NCBI RefSeq assembly: GCF_009914755.1
Contig: NC_060927.1
Length of the DNA stretch: 64,000 bases
Source: the human T2T-CHM13v2.0 reference genome, Homo sapiens
Reading direction: 5' to 3' (one strand)
Each line of letters begins with the position of its first letter. The first letter of the stretch is position 1. The notes beneath the pieces were generated by a model. The model had not been told where the DNA came from. It did no database searches and worked only from the letters and a program-made list of their open reading frames with translations. Positions 27,399 to 41,700 of the stretch are shown here, in pieces. The position numbers and the translations under genes were made by a program.

Positions 27399-27649
27399 AT
27401 AACCTTGGCCAGCATTACACATGTACATGTGCACACAACACCACTGTAACTATTTTTATTTGGATTGCATTGAATTTATAGAGGCTTGAAGAGAATTGAC
27501 ATGTTTACTATAGTGAGTTGTTGAGCCCATGAACATGATATATTTCTGCATTTACTTAGGTCTTCTTCAGTTTTTCTCAGTGATACTTTATCAGTTCATT
27601 TTTCCTTTCTTCTTCGTAGTCTTTTTTCGTGATGTCCTACTCATCTTCT

Positions 27650-28272
27650 TTATATTTATATATAATATTTACATATAATATATGTATATTTATATATAAT
27701 ATTTACATATAATATATGTATATTTATATTATATTTACATATAATATTATATGTATATTTATATTTACATATAATATTATATGTATATTTATATTATATT
27801 TACATATAATATTATATGTATATTTATATTATATTTACATATAATATTATATGTATATTTATATTATATTTACATATAATATTATATGTATATTATATTA
27901 TATTTACATATAATATATGTATATTTATATTATATTTACATATAATATATGTATATTTATATTATAGTTACATATAATATTATATGTATATTTATATTAT
28001 AGTTACATATAATATTATATGTATATTTATATTATAGTTACATATAATATTATATGTATATTTATATTATAGTTACATATAATATTATATGTATATTTAT
28101 ATTATAGTTACATATAATATTATATGTATATTTATATTATAGTTACATATAATATTATATGTATATTTATATTATAGTTACATATAATATTATATGTATA
28201 TTTATATTATAGTTACATATAATATTATATGTATATTTATATTATAGTTACATATAACATTTATATATAAAT
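27650..28272. repeat. AT-rich minisatellite, 35-bp unit tatgtatatttatattata(g/t)ttacatataatatta, about 18 copies
   Basis: agttacatat recurs every 35 bp from 27966 to 28246 (9 copies); 5' half has atttacat variants of about 30-35 bp. Confidence 0.97.
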
Positions 28273-29626
28273 GTAAACTTTTTAAGTTTTGTTTTTTAAA
28301 TATTTGTTGCTGGCATAAAAAGTGTACTTCTTTTTTTTAAAAAAAGGTTATATTAACCTATAGTCAACGTTCTTCTGTAACCCATATATACATTTTGAAA
28401 TTTTATATATACCTTTTTTTGGATTTTTTTAATGTAAGCAGTCATACTTTTGTGTGAATAATATTTTTATTTTTTCTTTTTAAATCCATTGCTTATATTT
28501 CTTCTTGCCTTGTCACATTGTGTACCTATACAATGTTAAATAAAATGAGTGACTGCTGGCATTCTAGTCCAAATTCAGATTTCAAAGTAAAAGCTTTCAA
28601 CATTTACTATTAAGCTGATGTTTTCATATAGAAATTTTGTTGTTGTTTGACTTGTTTGTGTTTATTTGTTTTTTTACATGCCCTTTATTGAATTAAGGAA
28701 GCTCCCTCCTGGTTTAGTTTGCCAAGGGTTTTTACTTATGAATTGTTGCTGAATTTTATCAAATGCCTTTTCTCCATCTAGTTAGATCATATGACTTTTT
28801 TCTTTTTTATGCTAATGTAAAGAATTACACCAATCACTGTTTTAATATACCAATCTCAAGTTCCTAGGTAAACTAGTAAGTGCATATTACTGGTTTCAGT
28901 TTGCTAGCAATTTGTTTGAAATTCTTATATCTATAGTCATTAGTGTGATTATCTGTAATTTTTTCTCTTAATATCCTTGTTAGATTTTAATATCAAAGTT
29001 ATTCTGGTCTTGTTAAAGAAGATACAGTATGTTCCCCTTTCTGTAGCCTCTGGAAGAGTTTGAATTTATTTCTTCCTTAAATGTTTGGTTGAATTCACTA
29101 TTAAATAAAAAGAGTAATATGAAAGAGTATAGGACTATTCAAGTTTTATATTTCCTCTTGTGTTAGTTTTGTAAAGTAATATTGTTAGACATTTTCATTG
29201 TCAACATTTTCAAGTTCATTTGGGAAAAAGTTGTTCATGATCTCTTGTAATCTTACAATGTCTATACAATCTGTAGTGATGTTTTGTTTTTATTACTATT
29301 TGTGCCTTTTCCTTTTTTCTTCATTAATAGCAATGTACGTATTTGGATTTTACTAATTTTCTCAAAGGAACAATACCTGAATTTCATTGATTTTCTCTAT
29401 TGTTCAGTTTCAATATCATTGCTTTCTGCTGTTAACTTTATTTCTTCTTCTTTCTATTTTCTTTGGATCTTGTTTTGTTGTCTTCTAATTTTTTGAGATA
29501 GATGCATAGTTTATTGATTATGAAATTTTAAAAAATACATACTTCCAACACACTAAAGTTTTTTCCTACATGACTTTTGCTGCATCCTAGATATTTTGAT
29601 ATTTAGTAATTTCATTATTTTATAAT

Positions 29627-29709
29627 AATAATAATAGAGACAGGGTCTCACTGTGTTGCCCAGTCTGGTCTTGAACTCCTGGGCTCAAGCGATTCTCCTG
29701 CCTCTGCCT
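29627..29709 (-). mobile_element. Truncated FLAM/Alu left monomer with (TAA)n tail
   Basis: agagacagggtctcactgtgttgcccagtctggtcttgaactcctgggctcaagcg; TSD attattttataat at 29614-29626 and 29710-29722. Confidence 0.88.
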
Positions 29710-30825
29710 ATTATTTTATAATTTTCAATATGTTCTCTTCATTGAATCATGGCTTACTTGAACACGCAAGAATATTCCAGCAACATTTTTTTTTCAATTT
29801 CCAACTTAATTACTTTGTAACCACAGATATACTCTATAACTTCAGTTCTTTAAAATTTGTAGAACCTCAATTTGTGGCCAATTATATAATAAATTTTTGT
29901 AATGTTCCAATGTACTTGAAAAAATGTGTATTTTTTAGGTTTAAAATATAGCCTTTTATGCATATTAATTAGGTCATTTGCTTTCTGTGTTATTCTACTG
30001 TATCCTAATTGATTTTCTGTCTGCTTGCTTAATTGTTATAAAGAGATACATGTTATAATCTTACACTATAATTGTGGGTTTCTCTATCTCTTTTTGCTGT
30101 CAATTGTTGCTTTATTTGAAGGCGATTTTATTAGATACATACAAATACAGAATTGTTATCAAATGTCCTTTTAACTTTTTGCTTAAACACCACTTTATAT
30201 GATATTATGGTTACACTGATTTTTGTTTGGCAAATATTTTACATCCTTTTATGTCTATATATTTTATACATGTCTCTTGTAAACAGAATCATAATTTTAA
30301 AATGCAGTTAGTGATGTTTGTCTTTATAGGTTTAGAAATTGGAATACTTAGTCTGTTTATATTTATGTAATTACTGATATGTTTGAACTTAAATCTACCA
30401 TTCTGTTGTGTCCTTTCTGTTTCCTTACCGCTTTGCTTTTTTCCTCTTTTTTCTAGCCTTTGTTTAGATAGATAATTTTTCAAATTATTCCATATTCCCT
30501 CTATTTCCTCAAAAGCTATATACTCTTACTATTCTTTCTGTAGTTAGTCTAGAAATTATAGCATATGCTTTTTACTTATCAAAATCTAATACTAACTGGT
30601 TATTTGAAACTCTACCCAGATGATGCAAATAGATAAAAAATATTAGAATAATTTAATTTTATTTATTCCTATTTTAATTTGAATAATTTAATTCCATTTA
30701 TTCTCCATTTTGAAATAAATATCATTAGTTTGTATTTTATGTATACATATTAAAAACTCAACGAAACACTGTTGTGATTCTTTGCATGGTCAATAATTAT
30801 TTTGATTTACTCACTTACTAGCTGT

Positions 30826-31217
30826 TGTGGCCACACGTTAGAAGTGGGATGGCACCTCACCCAAATTTTGGTTTGGAGGTTGAAAGTGATTATGCTACAC
30901 ACATATCAAGAGAATATGAAAAAGTTTATTAGTCTGGGGAGAGCAGGACAGACCTCCCAAATTAGTCCAAAGATATCTTGAGAGATTAGGAAAAGGAGAC
31001 TGGTTTTTATGGTAATTAGAGAGTAGGTCTGGGATGAGGGTTCTTCTGCATAAGTAGAGGTTTGCATGGTTTAAATATTTCACTGGCATCAAAGGAGGGA
31101 GTACCCAGGCTTTTTTATTAGCTTGCTCAGACGTGGAACGGAAGAAGAGGGAGGGAATGAAGCTTAAAAGCTTTCAGCAGTCAAACATCAAAACATGGAG
31201 CCAGACGCCTTATTACA
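30826..31217 (-). mobile_element. ERVL solo LTR, LTR47-like
   Basis: TG...CA termini; reverse strand begins tgtaataaggcgtctggctccatgttttgatgtttgactgctgaaagc; reverse aataaa at ~30925. Confidence 0.7.
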
Positions 31218-32044
31218 TTAGTGTTTCCATTGCTTTTCAATTCTTCCTACCTTTCCAGGCTTTCCTGTGGATTGTTTTCCTTCTGCCTAAAGAATATTGT
31301 GTAGTATTTATTTTAACATGTCTGTTACTGGGGAATTATCTCATGTGTTAATCTAAAAAGATGTTTTTTTACCATCAATTTCAGAAGATATAAAAATGAC
31401 AGATGTTTTCTTTAACACTTTGAAGATATCATTTCATTGCTAGGTGAGGTCCTTTGTTTCTGCTGAGCAGTTAACTGTCTGTCTATTGTTGCCCTTTTAA
31501 AGATAACGTCTTTCTATGACTGACTTTAAAATTTTTTCTCCATTTTGGGGTTTCCACATTTTTATCATTTAGCATCTCAGTGTAGATTTGTTTTTCAGCT
31601 ATTCTTCCTGGTATTTGTGTGGTTCTTAAATCTGTAAATCTGTAGCTTGATGTCATTCTCCAGTTTTAGAAAGTTCTCAGCTATTCTCACTTCAAAATTT
31701 GTTTCAGCCTGATTATATCTCTCCTCTTTTTCTTCAGCCTTATTTCTCTCTTTTCTTTTTAGAACTCAAAATATTAGAAATTCTCACTGTATCCTCTACA
31801 TCTTTTACCTTCTTCTCTGTATTTTCTATCATTTTATTTTGACAGATATTGCTGAGAATATTCCAGTTAAGTATCTCCGTAATTGTATATGATCTATTAG
31901 ACCCATCAATTTAATTTTTAATTTCAGTTCTTGTTTTCAGATTTAGAGTTTCTGTTTACTTTTTTCTTTGCAAAAAAAATTGTTAATCTTGTCTTTTATC
32001 TTCTAGAACATGGTAAGCAAATATATTTTATTATATTATATCAT

Positions 32045-32330
32045 ATTATTATTATTTTGAGACGGAGTTTCACTCTTGTTGCCCAGGCTGGAGTGCAGTG
32101 GCAGAATCCCGGCTCACTGTAACCTTCGCCTCCCAGGTTGAAGTGATTCTCCCACCTCAGCCTCCGATGTAGCTGGAACTACAGGCGCCTACCATCATGC
32201 CCAGCTAATTTTTGTATTTTTAGTAGAGATGGGGTTTCACCATGTTGGCCAGGCTGGTCTCCAACTCCTGACCTCAGGTGATCCGCCCGCCTCGGCCTCC
32301 CGGAGTGCTGGGATTACAGGCGTGAACCAC
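32045..32330 (-). mobile_element. Alu (AluS)
   Basis: gagacggagtttcactcttgttgcccagg...gggattacaggcgtgaaccac. Confidence 0.93.
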
Positions 32331-33319
32331 AAAGTCTTTGTCTAATTATGACAATTTTGGAAGCCCTTATGGAATAATTCTATTGCTGGTGGTTTCTGCT
32401 AGGTTTTGCTCATCTTGTCTTGCTCCTCATTGAGCTGTTTAAAAAAGTTGTGCCAAACATTATATTATAGCTTAAAATTGCTTCTAGAAATAATTTGGTG
32501 CCCAAGATAATGTTATTTTCCTTCAGAAAGGCATCTGAGGGATTCTGCAAACCATCCAGGGGTACAAGCCCTCCTGAATGCCTGAAGGCTCTAGCAATCT
32601 GGCATTATTTTAATTTTACTTCAAGGATTAAGATAATTCAAGACTGAGCTGCAAGAACTTGTCTACTTCCTGTTTACCCTGTTCCTTAAAATATATTCCT
32701 TTGTGGTTTTATCCCCAAACAGGAGTGTTTATTATGTCTACTCATCATCTTTCAATAAGATTAGCCCATAATTTACCCTTTCTATATTGCTTTTCCCTTC
32801 ACACTTGTTTTTAATATAAAAACTGTCTTATTATGTTATATATATAGTACTTTTTTTTTTGTATTTTACTTTGGACTAGAAACATTTCTTAAAACTTGTA
32901 AAACCATATGCAGCTTCCAGACCCTAAGCCATCCACTTACTTTGCCACTTTCACTTGAAATTTTGACATTTTTGTTTTGAAAATGTTTTGAAAATTTTGA
33001 CAAATGTTCTAAATTTAGACAAACAGCCCTATCATATAACCTTCAATCAGAGAACTCTATAGGGTTCTAAATCAATTCCTATATTAAACTTATAGTTAAA
33101 AAGAGAAATCAGTAAGAAAAGTACCTAAGAGATTCCAGCCAACTGAAAAACAAGGATAAGAATTATCTGCTCCTAAGTCATATTCTTTGTTTTTGATGCA
33201 ACCAAGTTGTTTGCTAGATATATATCCTGTTACCTTATTCGCTACCACCTCTGAAAACTGTTGCATCGAAGCCTTGCCCATACCAGTGTTCTATGAATAA
33301 TTTTGATGTTAAAAAGTTT

Positions 33320-35662
33320 ATAGAAGTTGCATCATAAAAAATAAAACAGAAGACAAAGCCAAAAATTGATCATTTGAAAAGATCAGTAAAACAGATATGC
33401 CTCTAGGAAGATTAATTAAGAAAAAGCAAAATGAGAAGGGACAGATAAATAAAACATAAGGATTAAAAAGAGGATATAACTATGGATAAAACAGAAATTT
33501 AAAAGTAAATAAGAGGATACAGTGAAGAACTTTATTCTAAGAAGTTTGAAGACTTAAGTAAAAGAAGAGAAAATTTAAAATTTTATTTTATTGGAACAGA
33601 CTCAGAAGGACTGCAGAACTACATAGGTCAATGGCCATACAAAAATTAAATCAACAATCAATAATCTTTAGAAAAAAAAGAGACAGACCTAGGTTGTTAA
33701 GTATCTTCTGATGAATTTGTAAGCAACAGACAATTCCAATTTTCTATCCATAGGTTACAAAAATATGAAATGCTCATTAACACATTTTATGAAGCTGGTA
33801 TAGATTTAATATTGAAAACAATGATAAGGGGTAGAATAATACAAGAAGGGCAAATTATAGGCAGATCTCCCTCAAATATGCTAGGATCCTAAATAAAATA
33901 TTCTCAAACTATTTCCACCCATATATAAAAGATTAAAAACCATTACCAAGTTAAATATATCCATAAATATAAGGTTAATATAATGCTAGAAAAATATAAT
34001 ATATATAAAAATATATAGTTTGTCATGTTTACAGCATAAAGGAGAAAAAGAAAAAACTACAACAAACATGATGTTTAATGGTGAAATGTTGAAAGCATAA
34101 GTAAATCAGAAAAAGAAATTAATACAATACAATAAAAGGCAAGAGGATTGGGAAGCAAGAAACAAAGCTGCTCTTATTTACAGGTGATGTAACTCTTTAA
34201 AAATAAATCTGAAACAAACTTTTTGTATTAGTAGGGGATTTTGGAAAGGTTACCAAATATAAGATCAATGCGCAAGAATCTATTCCATTTTTAAATAATT
34301 AGAAATTATAATTTTGGCTGGGTTTGGTGGCTCATTCCTGTAATCCCACCACTTTGGGAAGCTGAGGAGGGAGGATCACTTGAGCCCTGGCATTTAAAGC
34401 CAGCCTGGGCAACATAGCAAGACCCCATCTCTACAAAAAATAATAAGAAAATTAGCTGGGTATAGTGGCACACACCTGTAGTGCCAGCTACTTGGGAGGC
34501 TGAGATGGAAAGATCACTTGAGCCCAAAAGGTGGATGGAGGCTACAGTGAGCTGTGATCACAGCACTGCAATCCAGCCTGGGTGACAGAATGATACTCTG
34601 TCTCAAAAAAAAGAAAGAAAGAAATTGTAATTTAAAAATAGGATACAATAAAAGTTAGGTATACAATTGATTTTCAAGTTGAAAAAATAAAATTTAATTT
34701 ATATCTCACACCATACACATAAATAAATAAATTTTTAGTGGATTAAAGACTTCATAATGAAAAGCAGAATTTTAAAATTCTCATGAGAAAATTTGGTACT
34801 ATTTTTATGACCTTGATGTAGGCAAGAATTATTTATACAAGATATATAAAAAGCACTAACTACAAAGGAAAATACTGACGGACTTGTCTACATTAAAATT
34901 TAAAACTTCTATTCATCAAAAACACCATTTCAAGAGTAGAAGATCAAGCCATATCATAATTTGAAGAATATATTTGGAACACATGCAACGAACAAAAGAA
35001 TAGTATTGAAAATGTATACATATTTTTAAATGGCTCCTAACAATCAATACAAAAATTACAAATAATTCAATAAAAATATCTGCCAGAGGGATATATAGAC
35101 ATTTCACAGAAGAGGACATATGAATGTCCCACAGACAAAAGCAATATGTGAACAGAGAAAGACAAATATAAGTCTCAGTGAGATACCTACTTGGCTGGCA
35201 ATTGTGTTGAAGTCTGACAATACCAAGTGCTGTCAAGAGTGTGAAACAATGGGAATCCTTAAATATTCCTGGCTGAAAAAAAAATTGGTATAATTGCAGT
35301 ATAAAACAAATTCAGCATTATTTAATACATTTTAAGATATGTAAAACTATGTAACTAAAAAATTTTCTTCCTTGCATATATTCTAAAAAACATTTTCATG
35401 TGTCCATTGGAAGACATACCTGTTTTTTTCAGCATGATGTAAAATAGCAAAAACCTGGAAACTGCTATAATAGGTAAATTTTCATATATTTATAACAATG
35501 GAATACTATAAAGCAGTGATGACTAAACAACATCATACACATTAACACGGATGAAAGTCATGAATAAAATCTTGAACTCTAAAAATGTTACATAATAATA
35601 CATATTTTATGATTTTTAAATATAAAGTTAAAAAACATGTAAAGCAATATAATATGTTCAGG
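33320..35662 (+). mobile_element. Old L1ME-type ORF2/3' region (resumes ~37595-37790)
   Basis: catttgaaaagatcagtaaaacagat, cattttatgaagctgg, tacattaaaatttaaaacttctattcatcaaaa, gacatttcacagaagagga, acaatggaatactataaagcagtga. Confidence 0.8.
34316..34619 (+). mobile_element. Alu (AluJ-like)
   Basis: ggatcacttgagccc, agcctgggcaacatagcaagacccc; TSD agaaattataattt / agaaattgtaattt. Confidence 0.93.
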
Positions 35663-35664
35663 GA

Positions 35665-37592
35665 CTATGACTGATCATACTGTTTACTCAAAATATTCAC
35701 TATCCTTTTTACTTTTGTTGTGGGTAGCACTTCCTACAATACTGATGTCCGTCTCAGCCATGTGACTGATTTTGGTCAAGAAAGTGTTAGCAGATGCAAT
35801 AAATGTCACTTCTGAGAAGAAGCATTAAGAATTATCAGTCACATGGTTCTACTGTCACCCTCCTCTGTCTGCCACAAACATGGTATGTTCTGGTGTAAGG
35901 CTACTCTTTTCATCCTAGATTCTGGAAGAGGACATAGGAAATAAAGCTTCAAACAATCCACCACCAACTATGTAATGTGAGCAAGAAATAATTTTTGGTT
36001 TTGTAAACAATTGATATTTACATAATTATTACCTCAAAGTCAATGCTACCATAACAAAACTTCTAAAACATGTGCAACTGGCTTTGTGGCAGAGTGGTAG
36101 GTAGCAAAGAAACTGATTTTAGAGGATAAAACATGGCAATCTATTATGCAGTGGTGAAACACTTAATGAAACTTTAGCTGCAATAACATGCAAAGCAGAT
36201 AATATATTGAATGACCGTGTGACTTTAGGTAGGGAGATTGGAAGACAGAATAGTACTAGCATGTCTTGGTTGCTGTTGGCTGCATTCGACATGGTGGTAC
36301 AGAAAAACTAGGAGCCCACAAAAGAATTGACCAATTTGTAAGAAAAGATGAAAAGAAACTAAAGGAGGTCAGAAAGTTGGGGACCTAGAAGTTTGAAAGA
36401 TTCAACTTATTCTCACATCCAAAGTAAAACTAAGAATATTTTTGAGTGACAAAAGCTGATTAAAACTCAGTTTGCGGGAGGCATAGACCAAATCCAGGAT
36501 ATCAGGAGTGCCTTTTGTTTAGTTGATTATAGTGGCAACTGGTAAATCTTTTCAGGTGTGCAAAATGGCTCAAAAGAGGCTAATGGTGTAGCTCCTCCAC
36601 GGAAGTCTGGTAAGCTCAAAAATATCAATTTAAATCTGGAGAAAGAAAGGCATGTCTTAAATGGAATTGAATTTGTTGAGAGGATCATACAACCCAAGGA
36701 GCCATCAACCTAGATTGACAGAGACTGTGTCTGTTCTAAGTCTAAAAGCTGGAAGCAAGAAAATCTTAGCCTCCAAGGGACAGTATTTTCCAGTGCCCTT
36801 TTCAGATGTGGCCCAGTGAGGATAATAGAAAAGGAAGAACCGCCCAGAGGGTGGAGCCAAGAGTCATCTATAACCATGCACTGTGGTGCTAGTCACAGAG
36901 AACAGAATGAGCCTAATCAAGAAGTATTTCTTCTGCCCATGTTAGAGGGCCTTCACAATGTTTGCCCAGTGGGATTTCAGAATTGCTATTTTTGGCACAT
37001 AGGTTTTAGTTTTAGTTCATTTGTCTCTAGGTGAAGAAGAGCTGTATCTGGACCTGATGTTAAAGCTAGGACAAAATCCTAGTCCTGGAATCTAATGCTG
37101 TGGTTGAATACATCCTTTCAGCTATTTACTTGGAAGATGGGGGATTATGTTATTGTGGAGAAGGGCAAGAAATGAATTTTCATGCCCAAGAGAACAGACT
37201 ATGGTCAATTTTATTATTGCTTCCCACTATTCACCATCATTTCTTGTAAGGGAATTATGCATCCTTGTCCTTTGCCATGTACCTTTATTTTCCTTCTCTG
37301 TGATACAGATTCTCCATTGATAAAAGGTTTGACCAATGAAACATGATGTGATGTGTTTCCAACAGAAGTTTTAAGAGCCATCACATGGTTCTGCACTGCT
37401 CTTTTTCTTTTACAATGAGACTGAGATAGGGGCTATTCCTTTAGCCTGAGTCTTGGAGTGAGGAAAACACCAAGCAGTAGCAACACTGACCCACAGAGAC
37501 ACAGCCAACCTGCACATAGTATGTACTTGAGAAAGAAATCAGTTATTGGCATATATTGTCACTGTAGCATAACTTAGCAAAAGCAGACTGAG
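35665..37592 (+). mobile_element. MaLR (MLT1H/I/J-type) LTR-internal-LTR element
   Basis: LTR-like ~35665-36030 and ~37200-37592 (both with cagaag...aaga...tcacatggttct); internal segment with taacaaaacttctaaaacatgtgcaactggcttt and tgtcttggttgctgttggctgc typical of MLT-int. Confidence 0.7.
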
Positions 37593-37822
37593 AAAGGAAT
37601 ATGCATAAGTAAGAAAACTGAGAGGAAAAGCAAGGAAATTTTAAACACAAAGTTTGGGATAAGAGTTACCTTTAGTGGAGGGCAGGAGAATACAAGGAGG
37701 AACACATGGGATATTTCTTAAGTTTGGTGGTGTGTATGGGTGTTTGTTTTTATCATTCTTTTACTTTGCATATACTTCAGATAGATTGTATTATATATAG
37801 TGTATGAGCATGCATGCATGTA

Positions 37823-37977
37823 CAGTCAGCTGTCCATATCCATGGATGGAGAACCTTGGGATATAGAGGGTCGACTGTAAGGAACTTGAGCATCTATGAA
37901 TTTTGTTATTTGGAAAGTGGTAAGGGGAGGATGAGAGCCCTGGAAGCAATTCCCCCTAGATACCAAGGGATTACTAT
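37823..37977 (-). mobile_element. MER2/MER2B-like Tigger MITE
   Basis: TA-flanked cagtcagctgtccatatcc...gatatagagggtcgactg; acttgagcatc; cctggaagcaattccccctagataccaaggga. Confidence 0.7.
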
Positions 37978-38104
37978 ATGTACATACCTATATATATTAC
38001 ATATATAAAAATATTTCATATGTGTAGATACAATCTATTGTATCCCTTTATAATTATAATATGGAAAAAATATAGCAAACCTATAAAGTAATAAATCTAC
38101 CAAA

Positions 38105-38700
38105 TACTTTGACCTCTGTTTCTTCCAAAAACCACACTAAAATGACAGTAGAAAGACTAAAACAACATAAAGAGAGGGAAAATGAGAGACGAGAAATAAT
38201 AAAATTTTAACAGTCCAGAGAAAGCCAGAATGTAGACTGGCTGCTTGGGAAGCCCAGATTCAAGATGATTTAAATCAAATTACTCCAGAAAAACTTGGGA
38301 ATTGTAGGCACAATGTCTCTCTGAATATTTGTGTTCAGCTAATGCTAAAAACAGGAGAATTAAAAATCCTGTAATTTGCAACTTCTCCCCTCTACCCAAA
38401 CCCTATCCTCTCCTTCACCTCAAGCAAGCTGTTACCGCTGCTTCTCCACCCTGCAGAAGACTGGAGGTTTAATTCTAAAGATGTTGAACTACAGCACATC
38501 GGACAGAGTTGATCACAGAAATATCATTCTGAAAAACAGGGAGATCAAATAACAATTCACAGTGAAAAATGTTCCTCTAGTTTTTAATTTATTGAATGCC
38601 AGAATTACTCTGAAAGAACAAGCAAGTAATCCTACAAAGAGAATAAAGTGATTATTCTTCTAGGGCTGTGACAACTCCTAAAATGTGAATATGTGGGCAA
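38105..38700 (+). mobile_element. Degenerate old L1/HAL1 5' region
   Basis: ccaaaaaccacactaaaatgacagta and ctgcagaagactggaggttt resemble L1M/HAL1 5' ends. Confidence 0.4.
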
Positions 38701-41700
38701 TCCCCAATTCGGTCATTCAAAAAAAATATTTCTTGAGTGGCTACTACATGGCAAGAACTGCCTTAAGCAGAGAAAAAAATTGTCCCTTACTCGCTCAAGA
38801 GGTGAGCATTGGAGAGGATGGGTGGACGTTAAACAAATCTGCACATTTTAATCAATTATGAATATAATAAAAGTGCTCCGTTAGTGAACCAACCATTCTG
38901 GTAAATATTTCATATGTAACAAAATATTTAACAACTGCTATTGCATGGATGCCAACCATCAGAATGGACACCAGCTATGAACAGCCTGTCTGGTCATTCC
39001 AGTGCCTCCCAGCTAAATAGCATCGTTGAATACAGTAATAGCCTCTCACTCAAAGTTTAGTCATTTCAATTTTATTATTAAAATTGGAAAAATAGAAGAC
39101 TCCTAGGGAGAATGCTTGTCTAAAAGGCCATACCTGTGACATTAAAAACAGCTAAATTATAATGCCATTCTTGAGGTCAGATGACATGTCATTTTAGTTA
39201 AACCCAATTCACTCAACTAATTTACCACACCTGTAGGGTGGATGCAGATGAATACGGAACAGTAGAAATCATCATCAAAACCTGGATTATTAGACGACTG
39301 AACAATTCTACAATGCTCATTGTGTTTTACAAAATGTTAAAATTATTATTTTAGGGGGTAGGAATGAGAGTCAGCAGTCAGCAAAATGCCGAATGCAGCT
39401 TTTTGAGATGAAAATATTAAGACCAGGAGCTAATACAGAGGTTTTTTTTTTTCCCCTCCTTAACTGCAGGATTTGGGGTTTTAAATTTGGATTATGGAAG
39501 TGAGGAAGGGTAGGGGTCTTAAAGAGGGTTTAAAGAAATCACCTACAGAGTAGAGGTTTAAAAAGAGTCCTCTGTGTTCTGAATTCTTCGAGGGTATCTA
39601 TCTTGTACAAAGCAGCTTTTTTCTTTCCTTGCCCTGCTCTTTCTGCCTCCCTCGTGCTCTTTCTCTCCCCTATCCCCCAGTCCAAACTTCAAGGTGACCT
39701 CCTCCTCGTGGTGGGTAAATGATGGATGAGAGGGACCACCCGGCTGGGCCTACCACACTGCAAGTGCCACCCGGGTCCTGTAGGGTTCAGTAAGGCCCCC
39801 CCATTTAGAACGCTTTGTATTTTTTGTTACAATTGTTCTCCCAGCAATGGATGAAAAACATAGCATGAACAATAGAGCTGTATGAGATTTAAAATATCTG
39901 AATACATAATAATTTCACCCAGCTTTCAGAAAAAAACTAAAAAGTAAATAACAAAAACCACTCCTCAGAATGTGTGAACCTAAATTTTCGGTCACTTTGG
40001 AAGCATTTTCTTCTTTTTCTGGTTTTTCATTATCTAGGCCACTTGGCAATAAAATAGCATTTAATTATACATAAACGTGAGAACTCTAGTGAGAGAATAT
40101 GGGTTGTGATCTAGTCAGAACTAGTTTGAGGCCAGAAATTGTTCATTCTCAATGCCGTCATTCTTACCTGCTTTTCCACTGTTTATTTTTTACCTATATT
40201 TTCCCATGCAGTTTTTTCTCAATTTTAAAAAATTTTTTGAAGATGGTCTTCATTTTCTATTCCCCTTCATTATTTTCTCTTTCAAAAGTCCCACCTTTAC
40301 TAAGGTACAAGTCATTCCATTGCAGGAAAAAAAAAAAGAAAAAAAAAAAGAAAACTATTTTGTTCAGAAAATAAGTACCCAAAATTGTTTGTTTTTTTTT
40401 TTTTTTTTCTTTAGCAATGTAACTTGTAGTCGCATTAATGAGATCACATTTTATAGTGGAAGGTACTTTTAGGGAAAGTATGATGACATATGTTCCATTT
40501 AAACCTGAAGCTTTTCCTGGAAATGTATTGTGGACTTCATTTGAATAAAATGCTTCCGATGAATCTGTTGCTCCTTACAGATTTTGAGAAAGTACCTTGT
40601 TCTTCCTGTCAGTGGCAGGCAGCATCTCTTTAATTTTTTTTTCCAATAATATTGCAGTACTCTAGTACTCATTTTAAAGATAGATGGATTTTTTTTTCTC
40701 TCGTAAAGAAGAACATTGTGGGGGATAAAACGCTGGATGTGATTTCAAAAAATGTCAAAATATGTCAAACGCAGATACCACTCAAGGGTTTCATTAACTG
40801 AAGCTTTGGTGATAAGTGTCATCTTGTCAAAGACCCACCCATCTCTTCCAATACATTACCAAATGTACTAATTTCCTTGCCGAGCTTGATGTTTATTGTA
40901 TAGCTGAAATTGAAAATGGTCGGTAATGGAGTGAGCTTCAATCCAAGACCAATTCTGAATCTAAATTACTTGCTTCTTTCAATAGCATCGACAGAGGAGA
41001 GCTTTATGCACCTTGTACCTAATCAACCCTTACTGTGACCCTAAATTCAGCAGTCTTCAGAGATTAATAATAAAATCCTCAGTTCAAACAATTATTTGCC
41101 CTGAACAAGTTGCCCATTTCTTATGCTGAGAATGAAAGAATGTGACATTATTTTTTAAAAGCTCTGCATGTTGTGGGCCACCATTTATTTTTGATCTCTG
41201 ACCCCCCTGATGCAGTCTGATTGCAAATCCCACATGCTTACTTGAATATTTTTTTGGTGTTGGGGGGGTAGTTGTGAGATTTCTTTGTTAGCATTTTAAC
41301 GTGCCTGTTCTTCCACATCCCCTAACAGTTGTGGTTTTCATAAAGTAAACAAGATACATTCTATCAATATGTATTTCTAAAGTTTTTAATATAGAGCTCT
41401 ATAAATCATGGAAAGCATGATCGAATTCTAGTTTTGTACAAAACTACTCAGAGTCTCTAGAAAATAAAAACAAACTCCCTGGAAAAATCAATTATTTATC
41501 TACTTTCTCAAATAAAAAATTTAATTCAAAGAATGTCTTATTGAGGCTTAAACCCTAAATGATTTTTTAATGAAATGTTTTCTACTCCATTCCAGTTGGC
41601 AGTGTAGCTTATAGTTCTTGAGTGAAGTTATCTAAGCAATATCAAATTCTTTTAGTCATCTTTACAATGAAAAACATTCATTCATATTCAATGCCAGAGC

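Larger units (their letters stand above)
27445..32720 (-). mobile_element. Old L1 (L1ME/L1M-type) ORF2-ORF1 remnant, interrupted by a minisatellite, FLAM, LTR and Alu
   Basis: ggattgcattgaatttatag, cccatgaacatgatata, gaattttatcaaatgccttttct, tttcattgattttctctattg, cactttgaagatatcatttcattg. Confidence 0.75.

Noticed and set aside
40322-40412. Facing polyA and polyT tracts that could pair
   Set aside because: Low-complexity runs with no retrocopy body or TSD; pairing is trivial.
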